The translations under genes were made by a program, and so were the position numbers. Under the pieces are notes generated by a model, which worked only from the letters and a program-made list of their open reading frames with translations, made no database searches and had not been told where the DNA came from. A stretch of 40,000 nt of DNA from Candidatus Acidiferrales bacterium (lineage in GTDB: Bacteria > Acidobacteriota > Terriglobia > Acidiferrales > UBA7541), in assembly GCA_050747005.1 (NCBI GenBank), contig JBOGNE010000027.1:7847-47846 (forward strand). The letters run 5' to 3'. Below are positions 1-8,902 of the stretch, in pieces. Every line of letters begins with the position of its first letter. Positions within the stretch are counted from its first letter, which is position 1.

Positions 1-311
1 GAGCAGATTCGAATCACTGGTCCGTTTTGCGCTGCGGAAGTTCCAGTGAGGAACGCCACGATAGTAGCACGACCTGCAGGCCAGAAGCCGCGAGCGGCGG
101 AACGCGTATGTCTCCAATCGAGCAATACAGAATAAACTGTATGCGACTGGCGGATCGTTCGATGATTGCTACGAGCACTTCGACCGCCCGGAGGGAAATC
201 GTACTTGGACGAAGCACTTGCCTTAGCCGATTGCGAGGCTGGCAGACGCATGTTAGGCTCGATTTTCTTTTCACTAGCCTTCTTTCGTCACTTTACGGAC
301 TTCTCAGTTTG

Positions 312-2636
312 ATGCCGAACCCGACGCTTTCAGGATGCCTCCGCGCTTTTGCCATTTTAGCGGGTCTGTTTGCGATTGGTATCTCGTTGCCATCCCCGCT
401 TTTCGCGCAGGATCGTGGAAGACCGGCCGCGAATTCTCAGCAGAAATCAACCGCGAGCGATCGCGTTGCGACGCTCGAAGCGGATCGGCAGAGCCAGATT
501 GGCCGAGTTTATTACGCCGATGGGCGCGTTGACGTGCGTTATCAGAACGTTCGGTTGCGAGCCGATCACGTCGAATATAACGAAGCGACTCAGATAATCA
601 TTGCACGCGGCCACGTGCAGCTCGATTACATGACGCAGCATGTGGAGGCGGACGACGCCCGGTACGAGGTGCGCACGGGGCGCGGCAAGTTCCATCACGT
701 TCGCGCGACGTTTGCCGTGCAGCGCCGGCCTACGCCTGCGCTTCTCATAACCCAAAATCCACTCTATTTCGAAGCCGAAGAAGCCGACCGCCTCGACGAA
801 AACACCTATACCGTTCACAATGCGTGGATGACCGTCTGTAATCCGGGCCGGCCCGTATGGAAATTCTACGCGCCGTCAGCCAAGGTGAAGTTACGGACAT
901 CGGTGCATATCGAAAACGGCAACTTTCGGCTGTTCAAGGTGCCGATTCTCTATCTGCCCTATGCGACGTTTCCCGCCGAAAAGCAGCGCACTTCCGGGTT
1001 TCTGATTCCTGAACCCGGGGAAACCTCGAAGAAGGGCTACGTCCTGGGCGATGCCGTTTATTGGGCGCCCACGGATTGGATGGATGCCACGCTGGGCGCC
1101 TCATATTTCAGCAAGCGCGGCTGGAGTCAAAAAGCGGAAATTCGCATGAAGCCCTGGGAAAACGCAACACTCGTCGCCTCCTACTTCGGCGTGATCGATC
1201 GCGGGCTGGAGCAGGAAGATGGCCCGCCGATTAAACAAGGAGGTCACGAAGACCGCTTGCTTTTCACGTCCCTGTTGCCGCACGGCTGGCGTGCGGTAGC
1301 TGACTTGGACCAACTCACGTCGCTCACCTTTCGCCTGGCGTGGTCCGAGACGTTCACGCAAGCGGTAAACTCCGAAGTCCGAAACAATGCATTTCTGAGC
1401 AACAACTTCAGAGGTTTCAGCCTGAACTTCGCCGCGCTGAGCTACGAAAACTTTCTGAGCGCCACGCCGCAGAGTTCGATTACCTTGCGAACGGCGCCGG
1501 AAGCGCATTTCAGTTCCGTGGATCAGAAGCCGTTCCGAAATCTCCCGGTTTATTTCTCTTTCGACTCTTTCATTGGCGCCGAGCATCGAAGCGAGTCGGT
1601 GACTCCATTTAATTCGCCGGCCTACATTGAACGCAACGAATTCGCGCCGAGCGTGACGGCGCCGTTTCATTTGGGACCGTGGCTCAGCGTGACGCCGAGC
1701 TTCACGTTCCGAACAACTCACTACGGCGGCCAATTGATCAATGGCGGCTTCACGACCCAGGGGTTTTTTCGCAATACCGAGGAGTTTACAGTCGACTTGC
1801 GCCCGCCTACGTTGGACCGCGTGTGGGGTTCGGACGATTCGAAGTGGAAACACGTAATCGAGCCGGCCATTGCCTACAACTATGTATCGGGCGTGACCGA
1901 TTTCGGGCGTTTCGTTCGCTTCGACGAGGACGAAACGCTGACGGACACGAATGAAATCGAGTACGGAATCACGCAGCGTCTGTATCATCGCACGCGTTCA
2001 GGCGGCACGAAAGAATTGATAACCTGGCGCCTGGCGCAGAAATACTATTTCGATCCCACGTTTGGCAGCGCGCTGGTCCCTGGGCAGCGGAATGTCTTTC
2101 AGGCGCTCGATTCGTTGACGCCGTTTGCGTTTGCCGAAGAGCCGCATCACTTTTCGCCGATTGTCAGCGACCTGACGATCGAGCCGGGAAAGCACTACGA
2201 CACCGAGTTCATCGTCAACTTCGATCCGAATCGCGGGCGTATGACGGCAATCGGTACGCTGCTGAAGCTGAAGCCGTATAGGGAGTCGTTCGTCACACTC
2301 GCTCACTTCTCGACGCTGAATTTGCCCGAAAATCCGTCGCCACCTCCGCTCAATTTTGAGCCACGGTCGGACCAGGTGCGCACGCTGTTCGGGTATGGAG
2401 ACATGAATCGTCCCGGGTGGAGCACTACGTTCGGTGCGAGCTACGACTTTGCGCAGAACGCGTTTCAGAATCAGATTGCGGAGATCAGCTACAACGGCTC
2501 GTGCTGCGGCGTCGGCTTCGAATACCGCAAATTCTCATTCGGCCAGATTCGAAACGAAAATCAGTTCGAGGGCGTCTTTCGGATTGCGAATCTTGGGTCG
2601 CTCGGCAACTTGCGCCGGCAAGAAAAGATTTTTTAG
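312..2636 (+). CDS. lptD: LPS-assembly outer-membrane protein LptD (OstA family)
   Basis: Long ORF (track 27..2636). The internal ATG at 312 precedes a signal-peptide-like stretch (MPNPTLSGCLRAFAILAGLFAIGISLPSPLFAQ). There is an OstA-like N-terminal segment (VYYADGRVDVRYQNVRLRADHVEYNEATQIIIARGHVQL) and a long beta-barrel-type C-terminal region ending in F. The start choice is inference. Confidence 0.8.
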   Translation: MPNPTLSGCLRAFAILAGLFAIGISLPSPLFAQDRGRPAANSQQKSTASDRVATLEADRQSQIGRVYYADGRVDVRYQNVRLRADHVEYNEATQIIIARGHVQLDYMTQHVEADDARYEVRTGRGKFHHVRATFAVQRRPTPALLITQNPLYFEAEEADRLDENTYTVHNAWMTVCNPGRPVWKFYAPSAKVKLRTSVHIENGNFRLFKVPILYLPYATFPAEKQRTSGFLIPEPGETSKKGYVLGDAVYWAPTDWMDATLGASYFSKRGWSQKAEIRMKPWENATLVASYFGVIDRGLEQEDGPPIKQGGHEDRLLFTSLLPHGWRAVADLDQLTSLTFRLAWSETFTQAVNSEVRNNAFLSNNFRGFSLNFAALSYENFLSATPQSSITLRTAPEAHFSSVDQKPFRNLPVYFSFDSFIGAEHRSESVTPFNSPAYIERNEFAPSVTAPFHLGPWLSVTPSFTFRTTHYGGQLINGGFTTQGFFRNTEEFTVDLRPPTLDRVWGSDDSKWKHVIEPAIAYNYVSGVTDFGRFVRFDEDETLTDTNEIEYGITQRLYHRTRSGGTKELITWRLAQKYYFDPTFGSALVPGQRNVFQALDSLTPFAFAEEPHHFSPIVSDLTIEPGKHYDTEFIVNFDPNRGRMTAIGTLLKLKPYRESFVTLAHFSTLNLPENPSPPPLNFEPRSDQVRTLFGYGDMNRPGWSTTFGASYDFAQNAFQNQIAEISYNGSCCGVGFEYRKFSFGQIRNENQFEGVFRIANLGSLGNLRRQEKIF

Positions 2637-2646
2637 GAAATAACGC

Positions 2647-4062
2647 GTGATTTCCAGACTTGAGTCCGAGTTAGCTTTTCTCTCGATCGCAGAAGCCTCG
2701 CGGCTGCTGCGGCGAAAAGAAATATCGTCCGTCGAGCTTGTGAGCGCCGTTCTTTCGCGCATCACACGGCTCAATCCGTCGCTGAATGCATTTATCACGG
2801 TTGTGGATGACGCAGCGCGCCGCGAAGCCAAGAAGGCCGGCCGGGAAATCCGGAGAGGCGAGTCGCGTGGCCCGCTTCACGGGATTCCAATATCTCTCAA
2901 GGATAATATCGAGACGCATGGAATCCTCACGACGGCTGGGTCCAGGATACTCGGCGATTTCATTCCGGCGAAAAACAGCGTTATTGCCGAGCGCCTTGCG
3001 CGCGCCGGAGCGATTCTTGTCGGAAAGACAAACCTTCACGAATTCGCATACGGCGTGACCACGGAGAATCCGTTTTTTGGCACGACTCGCAATCCATGGC
3101 TGCGGGACCGCATTCCCGGCGGATCGAGCGGCGGATCGGGTGCAGCAGTTGCAGCCGGGCTGGGTTTCGCATCGGTGGGCACGGACACGGGCGGCTCGAT
3201 CCGTATTCCGTCGGCGCTCTGCGGAATCGTCGGCTTGAAACCGACGTTCGGACTAGTCAGCCTAGAAGGCGTCGTGCCGCTTGCCGAGAGCCTCGACCAC
3301 GCCGGACCAATGGCGCGCACGGTAGCCGACGCCTCGATCATGTTGGAGGCTATTGCGGGACGATATCCAAAGGGCGCGCGCCTGCCCGATTTCCGCAAAC
3401 TGCGGAAGAAACGGCCGTTTAGATTTCGGATCGGATGGCCGAAACAGTATTTCTTTGATCGAATTGACGACGAAGTTTTGCGCGCTGTAAAAAGTGCAGT
3501 GAAAACACTGGAATCTCTTGGCGGTCGCGTTGCGGAGGTTTCACTGCCGCACCTGGATGATTCCGTCGCGCCAAGCACGAGCATTGCTCTTGCGGAGGCG
3601 ACGCAATATCACGAGTCGCGCGGATATTTTCCGGAACGTGCGGATGAATACAGCTCCGATCTGCGGCACCGGCTCGAACAGGGCCGTGACGTGCGTGCCG
3701 TGGACTATTTGCGAGCGCGCGAGCAGCAGAGTGAAGTCATGCGCGATTTTGATGCTGCTTTCGATCGAGTGGATGTCATCACTGCCCCGACAACCCCCAT
3801 TGCTGCGCCGCCCCTTGGAACGAAGGAAGTCTCAATCGCGGGAGAAAAGGAAACCGTCCGCGCCGCCCTGTTGCGATTGAACCGCCCGGCGAATTACACC
3901 GGGCACCCAGCGATTTCGCTTCCGTGCGGTTTTACGCGCGCGGGATTGCCGATCGGCCTGCAAATCATCGGACCGCTTTGGGGAGAGGCGGGACTCCTCG
4001 AGATCGCGTTCGCCTATGAACAAGCGACTGAGTGGCACAAAAAGCACCCAGATTTGGGTTGA
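2647..4062 (+). CDS. Amidase-signature family amidase (GatA-like fold, not called gatA)
   Basis: GTG start. Amidase-signature motifs are present: KDNIETHGILTTAGS and GGSSGGSGAAVAAG. It has HEFAYGVT rather than the GatA-type DEFAMGSS, and no gatB or gatC is adjacent. Confidence 0.8.
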   Translation: MISRLESELAFLSIAEASRLLRRKEISSVELVSAVLSRITRLNPSLNAFITVVDDAARREAKKAGREIRRGESRGPLHGIPISLKDNIETHGILTTAGSRILGDFIPAKNSVIAERLARAGAILVGKTNLHEFAYGVTTENPFFGTTRNPWLRDRIPGGSSGGSGAAVAAGLGFASVGTDTGGSIRIPSALCGIVGLKPTFGLVSLEGVVPLAESLDHAGPMARTVADASIMLEAIAGRYPKGARLPDFRKLRKKRPFRFRIGWPKQYFFDRIDDEVLRAVKSAVKTLESLGGRVAEVSLPHLDDSVAPSTSIALAEATQYHESRGYFPERADEYSSDLRHRLEQGRDVRAVDYLRAREQQSEVMRDFDAAFDRVDVITAPTTPIAAPPLGTKEVSIAGEKETVRAALLRLNRPANYTGHPAISLPCGFTRAGLPIGLQIIGPLWGEAGLLEIAFAYEQATEWHKKHPDLG

Positions 4063-4277
4063 GGCTGGCATGGGCCTCGGGCGTCGCTTCTCGGATATTC
4101 CCGCATCTAAGATCACGTCCCCAGTCGAGCGAGAAGACCGATCCGCTGTCCGGGGGGATCATTGCATGAGTCAAAATCTCCGGGATTGCGTCTAATGGTT
4201 GTGCGAAGATCAGGAGTGAATCGCAAGCGATAATCCGTGCTAGATGAATGGGTTGGGAGAAAGAGTCAGAGACATAA

Positions 4278-5141
4278 ATGGACGTTTCGATATTTGCCGC
4301 ATTTATCGCTGGTTTGGTGTCATTTCTTTCCCCATGCGTTCTTCCGCTCGTCCCCGGATACATCTCGATGCTATCGGGAATCGGCGTCGAACAACTGAAG
4401 GAGGGGGAAGGAACTCGCGGTGGATTGTTTAGCTCCGCACTGGCGTTTGTAATTGGATTTTCGATTGTCTTTATCAGCTTCGGAGCTTCCGCGAGCGCGG
4501 TCGGGTCGTTTCTTCTGCGCAACCGCAACTTGCTTGCGCCAATTGCCGGAGCGCTGATCGTTCTCTTCGGTCTGCACCTGATCGGCTGGCTCGCGAAGAT
4601 TTCGCCGAAGGCGGGGTTCGCGATCGGGATCTTGCTGGTTGCGGCGGGAGTTGCAATCAATGTCCGATCGGGTCTGGCGGAAGGTGAAATCAAGGCCATC
4701 TATTTCTATTCGATCGCGATTATTTTTTTGATTGGTCCCGCAATGACCCGGTGGCTCAACCGCGACGTTCACTTTCGGAACCTCGGCGGTCAGCCGGGAA
4801 TCGCCAGCGGTTTCCTGATGGGATTCGCATTCGCATTCGGCTGGACGCCGTGCATCGGACCGATCCTGGCGGCGGTGTTGGCGATGGCCGCGACGCGGGA
4901 AACGATCGCTCAAGGAATTTTTCTGCTGGCGTGCTACTCGGCCGGGCTGGCGATACCGTTTCTCCTGACGGCGCTTGGCATCGGTCGGTTTCTCCGCTTT
5001 TACCAGCGCTTTCGCCGGCATTTGCACGCGGTGGAAGTGTTCAGTGGCATTTTGCTGCTACTTATCGGCGGGTTGGTGTTCTTCAACCGGCTGACGCTTC
5101 TTTCGGGTAAACTGGGATTTCTGAATAGGTTTTCACGTTGA
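4278..5141 (+). CDS. ccdA: Cytochrome c biogenesis / thiol-disulfide transporter CcdA (DsbD transmembrane core family)
   Basis: Polytopic membrane ORF with the two conserved Cys-containing segments FLSPCVLPLVPGY and WTPCIGPIL, typical of the CcdA/DsbD-beta core. Confidence 0.8.
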   Translation: MDVSIFAAFIAGLVSFLSPCVLPLVPGYISMLSGIGVEQLKEGEGTRGGLFSSALAFVIGFSIVFISFGASASAVGSFLLRNRNLLAPIAGALIVLFGLHLIGWLAKISPKAGFAIGILLVAAGVAINVRSGLAEGEIKAIYFYSIAIIFLIGPAMTRWLNRDVHFRNLGGQPGIASGFLMGFAFAFGWTPCIGPILAAVLAMAATRETIAQGIFLLACYSAGLAIPFLLTALGIGRFLRFYQRFRRHLHAVEVFSGILLLLIGGLVFFNRLTLLSGKLGFLNRFSR

Positions 5142-5155
5142 CGGGAGTTTAGCGA

Positions 5156-5725
5156 ATGAGAAAGCGTTTGACTGGCGTTATGTGCGTGCTTCTTGTGTCG
5201 GGATTTGCCGTGGCTGTTGTCGGTTGTAAGGGACATTCGTCCAGTGCGCAGGGGCCGGAGAAATCTCTTGCGAGCGCCGGCAAAGTCGGGCTGGAGGAAC
5301 CGAACGTCACGTTCAAGGATCTGGACGGCAAGGACGTCGCGCTCTCGAGCCTCAAAGGTAAAGTGGTGGTTGTGAACTTCTGGGCAACATGGTGCGAGCC
5401 GTGCCAGATCGAAATCCCATGGATGATCGAGTTTCAGGATAAATATGCCAACAAGGGATTCACGATGCTTGGCGTTGCCATGGACGAGGAAGGCAAGAGC
5501 GTCGTGGCACCGTTCGTCCAAAAAAGTCAATTCGATGTGGACGGAAAGAAAGAGGCGATGAATTATCCGATCGTCCTGGGAAACGACGATCTCGCGTCGA
5601 AATTTGGAGGGCTGATCGGGCTGCCGACCACTGTCGTGATATCGCGCGACGGAAAGATCGTGAAGCGTTTCATCGGGCTTGCCGACCACGATACCCTTGA
5701 GAAGCAAATTCAAGGCCTGCTGTAA
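5156..5725 (+). CDS. TlpA/ResA-family thiol:disulfide oxidoreductase lipoprotein
   Basis: Lipobox-like signal (LLVSGFAVAVVGC). Thioredoxin fold with a WCEPC active site (VNFWATWCEPCQIEIP). It lies directly downstream of ccdA. Confidence 0.8.
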   Translation: MRKRLTGVMCVLLVSGFAVAVVGCKGHSSSAQGPEKSLASAGKVGLEEPNVTFKDLDGKDVALSSLKGKVVVVNFWATWCEPCQIEIPWMIEFQDKYANKGFTMLGVAMDEEGKSVVAPFVQKSQFDVDGKKEAMNYPIVLGNDDLASKFGGLIGLPTTVVISRDGKIVKRFIGLADHDTLEKQIQGLL

Positions 5726-5800
5726 GCCTGTGGACCGCCACGAATTTGAGGTGACCGTCCCTTGCCCCCGTTCGCAATTCTGCGATAACCTGCCACTACG

Positions 5801-6133
5801 ATGATGGACGAACGCGATTTTCAGAAGAAATGTGATTCAGCGCTCGAGGTTCTGCGCAATCGCTTGATGGTTGTTGGCGATCGGCACGAGTTCGAGGTGG
5901 AAGGCGGCAGCGGGAAACTCGAAATCGAGTTTGAAGATGATGAAGGCACGCGATTCGTCATTAGCCCCAATGCTCCGGTGCGGCAGATTTGGATTTCGGC
6001 CCTGACCACCAGTTTCAAGCTCGGCTGGTCGGACGTGGCTCAGGCGTTTGTACTTGAAAAGAGCGGTGAGACGCTGAATCGAGTGATGAGCCGGATCCTC
6101 TCGGAAAAACTGGGCGAAGCGGTGGATGTTTAG
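5801..6133 (+). CDS. cyaY: Frataxin-like iron donor protein CyaY
   Basis: 110-aa acidic protein with a frataxin/CyaY-like pattern (GKLEIEFEDDEGTRFVISPNAPVRQIWISALTTSFKL). Confidence 0.65.
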   Translation: MMDERDFQKKCDSALEVLRNRLMVVGDRHEFEVEGGSGKLEIEFEDDEGTRFVISPNAPVRQIWISALTTSFKLGWSDVAQAFVLEKSGETLNRVMSRILSEKLGEAVDV

Positions 6134-6142
6134 AGGAACGGC

Positions 6143-6736
6143 ATGACACTACGCGCGCCTTCTGCCGTTTGTGCTCTCCTCGTAGCGGCTAGCGCTCTTT
6201 GTGTTGCGATCGTCGCCCACGCCCGAACGGCTCAGCAATCTGTGTCGGCTATCGCTGGCGCTTCATCGGTCGTAAGGACGCGCACATTCGTATCACTCGA
6301 ACCGATCCCGGCCGGGAAGGAATTTCAAGTCGCGGTGGTGGTGGATATCGCGCCGGGGTATCACGTGAACTCGAATAAACCCTCCGACCCGTATCTGATC
6401 CCTACCACTATCACGCCGCGGATTCCTTCCGGCTTCAAACTTCTCGGCACGATTTATCCTCAGGGGCGCGACCGGAAATTTGCATTCTCTCCCGATAAGC
6501 CACTCAATGTTTACACAGGAAGCGTAACCATCCGGTTGCGGATCGCGGCGCGATCCGACGTGCAACCTGGTATCGCCAGGATTCCGATGATTCTTCGCTA
6601 TCAAGCGTGCAATGACACCACCTGCCTGCCCCCTGTAAAATTGCCTGTTAGCGTGCAATTGAAAGTTGCCGCGGCCGGAACGAAAACGCGCCCGGACCAT
6701 CCCGAGATTTTCCCCGCGACTTCTCTCAATAACTGA
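6143..6736 (+). CDS. Secreted DsbD-alpha (N-terminal domain)-like thiol-disulfide interchange protein
   Basis: Signal peptide (MTLRAPSAVCALLVAASALCVAIVAHA). The segment RYQACNDTTCLPP resembles the redox-active Cys pair segment of E. coli DsbD-alpha (YQGCADAGFCYPP, recalled from memory). Confidence 0.55.
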   Translation: MTLRAPSAVCALLVAASALCVAIVAHARTAQQSVSAIAGASSVVRTRTFVSLEPIPAGKEFQVAVVVDIAPGYHVNSNKPSDPYLIPTTITPRIPSGFKLLGTIYPQGRDRKFAFSPDKPLNVYTGSVTIRLRIAARSDVQPGIARIPMILRYQACNDTTCLPPVKLPVSVQLKVAAAGTKTRPDHPEIFPATSLNN

Positions 6737-6803
6737 ACCTGGCAGTTCCGCGCCAAGTGGTCAGTTTTCGCGATCGAATGTCCGCAGTTGCTTGCGCTTT
6801 GGC

Positions 6804-8276
6804 TTAGCGAGCGGAAAGAAGGGGCAGCGCACGGCGAAGGCGGGAAACGACGCGATCTTTGCCGAGGATGACCATCGTTTCGAAAAGCGGCGGTGCGACC
6901 GCGCGGCCTACAATCGCCACACGCGTTGCATTTATCAGCAAGCCGGCTTTGACCCCCTCGGCCGCTGCCAGATTTCGCAAGGCCGCATCGCAGGCGTCAT
7001 GATTCCAATCATCGAGCGCGACGAGAGAATCGGCCAGCTTTCCCAGTAATCCTGGAAGGCGCTCATCTTTCCAGAACTTTTCGCGTGCATCGGCATCGTA
7101 GTCGAAGTCGTCGGAGAAGAATGCCCGCGCCCAGCCGGAGAAATCGCCGAGGAGGCGAGTGCGAGGCCGAATCAAATCCACCGCGTGTCCGAACCAGGCG
7201 TGGTCGCGGCTCGCCCGCGATCCATCCCAGAGCCCGGTGCGTTTCAGCTCGGCCTCAACGTATGGCAGCAGTTCCTCGATGGCAGGTTTCTGCAGATATT
7301 GAGTATTGAACCATTCGAGCTTGGCGTGGTCGAAGATGGCATTTGTCCGGCTGACGCCCGATAACGCGAAGCGTTCGATCAGTTCAGCGGTGCGCATATA
7401 TTCGGAATCGTCGCCGGGCGACCAGCCGAGCAGCGCCAGGAAATTGCGGAAGGCCTCGGGCAGAAACCCTTCATCGGCGTACGATCCGACGCTCGTGGCG
7501 CCATGGCGTTTCGACAGGCGCGTGCGATCGGGGCCAAGGATGAGCGGAACGTGCGCGAAAATTGGCGGCGTCGCGCCGAGAGCCTGGTAGATCAGCACTT
7601 GCTTCGGCGTATTGGAGAGGTGGTCCGCGCCGCGGATGATGTGTGTGATGCGCATGTCGATATCGTCCACGACCACGCTGAGCTGATAGGTCGGCAAGCC
7701 GTTCGATCGCAGGAGGACGAAGTCCTCGATATCGGAATTTTGCACTTCACGTGAACCGAACACGGCGTCTTCGAATTTTGTGGCGCCGGTTCGGGGCGTT
7801 CGAAAACGAATCGCTCGAGGGACGCCCTCTTTCTCTTTTTCGGTTCGCTCGAGATCGCTCAGATCGCGGCATGGGCAGGCGAGAGCTTTCGCAACTTTGC
7901 TCTCGTCATCACCTTCGCCTTCCGGCTTTTCGCTGGTATCGGGACCGGCATAAGAAGCGCCCTTGCAGTAACACGCAAATCCAGCGCCGCTTGCGAGCAA
8001 GCGCTCGGCTGTCTCGCGATACATATCGAGGCGTTTTGATTGAAAGTAAGGACCCTCATCCCATTCGACTCCAAGCCATTTCAAACCTTCGAGGATTCCG
8101 TCGACGAGTTCGGGTTTGTTGCGCTCGATGTCCGTGTCCTCGATCCGCAATAGCAGTCTGCCGCCTTCGTGACGTGCAAACAGCCAGTTAAACAGAGCTG
8201 TGCGCGCGCCACCAACGTGGAGATATCCGGTTGGTGATGGCGCGAAACGCACGCGAGGCTTTTGTGCTGAGTCCAT
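6804..8276 (-). CDS. gltX: Glutamate--tRNA ligase
   Basis: Class I aaRS motifs are present: PSPTGYLHVGGARTALFNW (HIGH-type) and LSKRHG (KMSKS-type), plus a Cys cluster CYC...CPC. The ATG at 8276 (MDSAQKPRVRFAPSPTG) is preferred over the track start at 8483, whose extra 69 aa look non-coding. Confidence 0.9.
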   Translation of the reverse strand: MDSAQKPRVRFAPSPTGYLHVGGARTALFNWLFARHEGGRLLLRIEDTDIERNKPELVDGILEGLKWLGVEWDEGPYFQSKRLDMYRETAERLLASGAGFACYCKGASYAGPDTSEKPEGEGDDESKVAKALACPCRDLSDLERTEKEKEGVPRAIRFRTPRTGATKFEDAVFGSREVQNSDIEDFVLLRSNGLPTYQLSVVVDDIDMRITHIIRGADHLSNTPKQVLIYQALGATPPIFAHVPLILGPDRTRLSKRHGATSVGSYADEGFLPEAFRNFLALLGWSPGDDSEYMRTAELIERFALSGVSRTNAIFDHAKLEWFNTQYLQKPAIEELLPYVEAELKRTGLWDGSRASRDHAWFGHAVDLIRPRTRLLGDFSGWARAFFSDDFDYDADAREKFWKDERLPGLLGKLADSLVALDDWNHDACDAALRNLAAAEGVKAGLLINATRVAIVGRAVAPPLFETMVILGKDRVVSRLRRALPLLSAR

Positions 8277-8471
8277 ACGGTTAGGTTCCTTCCTGTGTTG
8301 GAAGCATTTCATCTTATCGGAACAGGGAACCAAAATCGAGCCAAGCTGAACTGCAAGTGCCGCTAGGGGAAGCACTTGGTACAGGGGTACTGTTGACCCA
8401 GAGGTTCCGGGCACGACATAAGTATGGGAGGCGCCGGGCTGCATTCGAAGACCAAGGGTTACTCTTTCTGG

Positions 8472-8486
8472 CCAAACCGCCAAACG
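8472..8486. repeat. Left copy of the 15-bp direct repeat ccaaaccgccaaacg (putative target-site duplication)
   Basis: An identical 15-mer recurs at 22294..22308 in the same orientation. It overlaps the TIR tips by 1-2 nt, so the real duplication is 12-15 bp. The bases just outside the 15-mer differ between the two copies. Confidence 0.75.
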
Positions 8487-8556
8487 GGGTTAGGGGATAG
8501 GCGACCTTGAAACTGCCCTCTTTGCTGCAAAATGGTGCATTTCTAGGAGATAGTGC
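8486..8556. repeat. Left terminal inverted repeat (71 bp) of the casposon
   Basis: ggggttaggggataggcgaccttgaaactgccctctttgctgcaaaatggtgcatttctaggagatagtgc is the exact reverse complement of 22225..22295 (hand alignment, 71/71). Confidence 0.9.
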
Positions 8557-8598
8557 GCGGCGCAACTTCCCACTGGTGCGGCAATGATGCGAGCCGCA

Positions 8599-8902
8599 CT
8601 ACGCAATCCAGGAATCGAAGTTGATGTGAATCCCGAGCACATGATTACCCCGTTTAATGCTTTTGAAGATTTCATAGTGAACCCATCGCCGTGCCCACGT
8701 ATCGGAACCGATCAGGACTACCGTTACAGTCGTATTTTCTAATTCCGCTTTAATCAGTCGCTTTAATGCTGACGGACTTGTATTCTTCTCCTCCTCCCTG
8801 GGGGCGGAGTCGTGTATTACTTTTGTGGTGGATTCTACGACGGACTTGGTAATTTGCCCCAAGACTTCGGACGCGAGAGATGAAGGACTCGGTTCCGTTC
8901 AC
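8599..8902 (-). pseudogene. TIR-like (DUF1863 / MTH538-type, ThsB-like) domain gene, apparently frameshifted
   Basis: The track ORF 8599..8862 (TTG start) encodes only the C-terminal half of a DUF1863-type TIR-like domain (TTVTVVLIGSDTWARRWVHYEIFKSIKRGNHVLGIHI). The expected N-terminal strand (MNGTESFISRVRSL) lies in another frame, starting at a GTG (8900-8902) that overlaps the upstream stop codon as GTGA. The two frames meet at a GGGG run (8857-8860). Confidence 0.4.

Noticed and set aside
27-311. N-terminal 95-aa extension of the lptD ORF
   Set aside because: It is Arg/Ser-rich with no signal peptide. A proper signal peptide begins at the internal ATG at 312.
1101-1988. 295-aa antisense ORF inside lptD
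   Set aside because: It is a shadow ORF typical of high-GC coding regions (Arg/Ala-rich, no motifs). The same applies to 3965..4699, 5000..5713, 6293..6700, 23151..23765, 24435..25283, 26388..26969, 37098..37744 and 38180..38698.
8277-8483. N-terminal 69-aa extension of the gltX ORF, reaching the casposon boundary
   Set aside because: The extension has no GluRS counterpart. The canonical N-terminus (MDSAQKPRVRFAPSPTG) begins at the ATG at 8276, so the insertion does not interrupt gltX coding sequence.
8290-8485. Possible tRNA or other RNA gene at the casposon target site
   Set aside because: I could not fold either strand into a cloverleaf. There is no GTTCGAATC-type T-loop with complementary stems. 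This remains untested by covariance models.
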